From NCBI GenBank assembly GCA_041946735.1, contig JBHGAY010000023.1, forward strand, positions 1 to 64,000: 64,000 nucleotides of DNA, written 5' to 3'. Made by a program: the position numbers and the translations under genes. This DNA comes from Candidatus Eiseniibacteriota bacterium (GTDB lineage: Bacteria > Eisenbacteria > RBG-16-71-46 > CAIMUX01 > VGJL01). The notes below the pieces were generated by a model. It was not told where the DNA came from and searched no databases. It saw only the letters and a list, made by a program, of their open reading frames with translations. Position 1 is the stretch's first letter, and each line of letters starts with the position of its first letter. Positions 61,286 to 64,000 of this stretch are shown here, piece after piece.

Positions 61286-61687
61286 TCAGAACGGCCGCCG
61301 GTACCGCTCCCGCGTCGCCTGTGACGGCGTCTTCGGGAGCCACGACGTCCTCTCCCCCTTCCCCCAGCGCAGATCGATCCCCGATCTTCCCAGCGCCCGC
61401 ACGATCAGCCCGACCGGCGTCACGATCACGAAGAAGAAGGTCGCGAGCAAAAGGACGGTGATCGCCTGTCCGATCCAGCCGGCGATGCGAAGCCACCCGC
61501 GATGGATCGGCATCCACACCGCCGGCAGCGCCCACGCGAGCGCAGGCGCCACGAGCGCGCACCCGCCGAGGATAGCAGCGCGCAGCGGATGATGGCGCAG
61601 CAACGAGACGATGGTCCAGAGCAGCAGCGCCCCGGCCAGGATCAGGGAGAATCGGCGCGATTCGCGCTTCTCGTTTCCCGGCTTCAT
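61286..61687 (-). CDS. SxtJ-family membrane protein
   Basis: R.F...TM-TM...P.H..W...IG...FF.IVTP.G...R and terminal PF; lies between the carbamoyltransferase and DUF5989 genes. Confidence 0.82.
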   Translation of the reverse strand: MKPGNEKRESRRFSLILAGALLLWTIVSLLRHHPLRAAILGGCALVAPALAWALPAVWMPIHRGWLRIAGWIGQAITVLLLATFFFVIVTPVGLIVRALGRSGIDLRWGKGERTSWLPKTPSQATRERYRRPF

Positions 61688-61735
61688 CCCTTGCGATCCT
61701 TCGCCCGCATTCGCACCGGCGCCCCCCTCCCCCTC

Positions 61736-63610
61736 TCAATCCAGCGGGATCGCGCTCTGCCACGACGTGTCGACCGGCGGCAGATCCAGCTTCTCCCGCT
61801 CGATCACGAACGGTCCCAGGACGAGAACGTCCATCTGCGTCCGCCGGAAGCAGAGCCAGGCATCCTGCGGCGTGCATACGATCGGCTCGCCCCGAACGTT
61901 GAACGACGTGTTCACGATCATCGGGCAGCCGGTCTTCTCGCCGAACTTCTCGATCAACCGGTGATAGAGAGGATGGTCGTCGCGTCCGACCGTCTGGACG
62001 CGCGCCGACCCGTCAACGTGCGTGATGGCCGGCACGACCGAACGCGGCTGCTGCAGGAGCGCCAGGCCGCGGGCCGCCGGATCGGCCACCGGGAGCCGCT
62101 TCTCCGCCCGCACGGTCGCCACGAGGAGCATGTACGGGCTCTCGTGCTCGAGGTCGAAGTACTCGCGCGCCGCCTCCGCGAGCACCGACGGCGCGAAGGG
62201 CCGGAACGACTCGCGGAACTTGATCGCGAGGTTCATCCGCGATTGCATCTTCGGATCGCGTGGATCGCCGAGGATCGAGCGGCTGCCGAGCGCGCGCGGG
62301 CCAAACTCCATCCTCCCCTGGAACCAGCCGACGACCTTCCCCTCGGCAAGCAAGGTCGCGACGCGATCGGCGAGCGACTCCTCATCCGCGTACCGCTCCG
62401 CCGCCGCCGCAATCCCCTCGTCTTCGAGGAAGCGAGCGATTTCCGCGTCGTCGAACCGCGGACCGAGGAGGCTCGCCTTCTGCCGATCCTTCACAGTGAC
62501 GCCGGCCGCGGCGCCGGCCCCGCCGGCGCGGCCCTCGCCGTCCCCGGCGGGCGTCCGCGCGGCTCCCTCGATCTGATGGTGGACGAACAGCGCCGCGCCC
62601 AAAGCGCCGCCCGCATCGCCTGCCGCCGGCTGGATCCAGATTCTCCGGCAGAGCTGCTCGCGCAGGAGCATCCCGTTGGCGACGCAGTTCAGCGCGACGC
62701 CGCCCGCCAGGACGAGATCGTCGATCCCCGTCTCCTTGCGCGCGAACCGCACCATCTTGCGCAGAATATCCTCGGTGACGACCTGGATCGACGCGGCGAG
62801 ATCCATCTCGCGCTGCGTGAGCGGAGACTCCGGATGCCGCGGCGGCCCGCCGAAGAGCCGCGCGAAGCGCCCGTTCGTCATGCGTAATCCGGCCGCGTAG
62901 TCGAAGTAGCGAAGATTCAATCGGAACGAGCCGTCCTCGTACACCTCGACCAGCTCGCGCCGGATCGCGTCGGCCCATCGCGGCTCGCCGTACGGCGCGA
63001 GCCCCATCAACTTGTACTCTCCGCTGTTGACCTTGAAGCCGCAGAAGTACGTGAAAGCCGAATAGAGAAGTCCGAGGGAATGCGGGAAGTGGATCTCGCG
63101 CAAGATGCGGATCCGGTTCCCCTCGCCGATCCCGAGGCTTGCCGTCGCCCACTCGCCGACGCCGTCGGTCGTGAGGATGGTCGCCCGCTCGAACGGTGAC
63201 GGGAAGAAGGCGCTCGCCGCGTGCGCCTCGTGATGCTCCGTGAACAGCACCTCGCCCCGGTAGCCCAGCTCCCGGCGGATCTCGTCGCGCATCCACAGCT
63301 TCTGCTTCAGCCACAGGGGCATCGACTTCAGGAACGACGGCAGCCCGGCCGGGGCAAAGCGCAAATACGTCTCGAGCAACCGCTCGAACTTGACCAGCGG
63401 CTTGTCATAGAAGACGACGCAATCGAGCCGGTCCGCGCTCTCGATCCCACCCTCCTGCAGGCAGCAGGCGGCGGCGCGCGAGGGGAATCGATGATCGTGC
63501 TTGCGCCTCGTGAAGCGCTCTTCCTGGGCGGCCGCGACGATCTCGCCGTCTCGAAGGAGACAGGCGGCGCTGTCGTGATAGAAGGCCGAGATACCGAGGA
63601 TGGTGCTCAC
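61736..63610 (-). CDS. O-carbamoyltransferase (NodU/CmcH/SxtI family)
   Basis: ILGISAFYHDSAA, EERFTRRKH, HHEAHAAS, GEYKLMGLAPYG, GGVALNC, EFGPRALG.RSI, KFRESFRPFAP and NTSFNVRGEPIV motifs. Confidence 0.95.
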   Translation of the reverse strand: MSTILGISAFYHDSAACLLRDGEIVAAAQEERFTRRKHDHRFPSRAAACCLQEGGIESADRLDCVVFYDKPLVKFERLLETYLRFAPAGLPSFLKSMPLWLKQKLWMRDEIRRELGYRGEVLFTEHHEAHAASAFFPSPFERATILTTDGVGEWATASLGIGEGNRIRILREIHFPHSLGLLYSAFTYFCGFKVNSGEYKLMGLAPYGEPRWADAIRRELVEVYEDGSFRLNLRYFDYAAGLRMTNGRFARLFGGPPRHPESPLTQREMDLAASIQVVTEDILRKMVRFARKETGIDDLVLAGGVALNCVANGMLLREQLCRRIWIQPAAGDAGGALGAALFVHHQIEGAARTPAGDGEGRAGGAGAAAGVTVKDRQKASLLGPRFDDAEIARFLEDEGIAAAAERYADEESLADRVATLLAEGKVVGWFQGRMEFGPRALGSRSILGDPRDPKMQSRMNLAIKFRESFRPFAPSVLAEAAREYFDLEHESPYMLLVATVRAEKRLPVADPAARGLALLQQPRSVVPAITHVDGSARVQTVGRDDHPLYHRLIEKFGEKTGCPMIVNTSFNVRGEPIVCTPQDAWLCFRRTQMDVLVLGPFVIEREKLDLPPVDTSWQSAIPLD

Positions 63611-64000
63611 CGCCGCATTTTAGGTCAGCCGTCCGGAGACCCGCAATTGGCAGGGGGCCCAAGGGCGACGCAAGACGCGAGGACCTGCGCGCCGCCGATT
63701 TCTCGCCGGCCGCGAGGCGCGGCGACGGGCACAGAGCGCCGCATCGCCGTCTCGGACACACGAGCGCGGCATCTCGGACTTCCGCCTGGGAGGCGCCGCG
63801 CGGGGATGCTACGTTTGTCGGCGACCGCCGCGGCCTTTGACGGTCCGGCCGGCCGAGGGAAGCCGAGGGAACAGGGACAGGGGGAAGCCCGGCAGATGAA
63901 GACGGGAGGCGGGTCGGGGCGCGCCGGTGCCGGCAGACGAGGAGCAGGCCGGGGCGCGTCCGGGGGCTCCGGCGGAACCGCCGGCGCCGCACGGTCCACC

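Noticed and set aside
61069..63610. Saxitoxin biosynthesis cluster
   Set aside because: No sxtA, sxtG, sxtB or other core genes in the window; the trio alone is not diagnostic.
63611..64000. ORFs 63405..63992 and 63625..63999
   Set aside because: Pro/Arg-rich with no recognisable motifs; probably intergenic, or not assessable at the window edge.

Overview
High-GC bacterial chromosomal window with about 40 real CDS; most entries in the supplied ORF track are GC-rich shadow ORFs. I saw no rRNA, tRNA, CRISPR array, integrase or transposase. The content is dominated by cell-envelope and secreted proteins: five proteins with a C-terminal FlgD-Ig/T9SS-CTD-like domain, four unrelated or paralogous secreted proteins ending in a shared 17-aa motif [ST]WGx[VI][KR]Ax[YF]R-COOH, GDP-D-glycero-alpha-D-manno-heptose genes (gmhA, hddA, hddC) with glycosyltransferases and a duplicated CPBP intramembrane protease, an alpha-2-macroglobulin/pbpC pair, an NRAMP-like transporter with an MgtE-N/CBS partner, a CHASE-PAS hybrid kinase, an ECF sigma/anti-sigma/TonB-C operon and a carbamoyltransferase-SxtJ-DUF5989 trio. 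This repertoire suggests an FCB-related lineage such as Ca. Eisenbacteria or Krumholzibacteria (inference only). Top leads: (1) a secreted beta-helix gene (30687..31637) with an in-frame UGA in a C-T-U context and an fdhF-like SECIS hairpin starting 11 nt downstream, i.e. a candidate new selenoprotein family; (2) an uncharacterised three-gene operon (Glu-less acyl-CoA-dehydrogenase fold, signal-less PhnD-like binding protein, TusA-like/ferritin-like diiron fusion) behind a highly structured leader that can sequester its Shine-Dalgarno; (3) the WG-K/R-A-Y/F-R C-terminal motif as a candidate protein-sorting signal. All family assignments come from motif recognition by eye; no database search was run.
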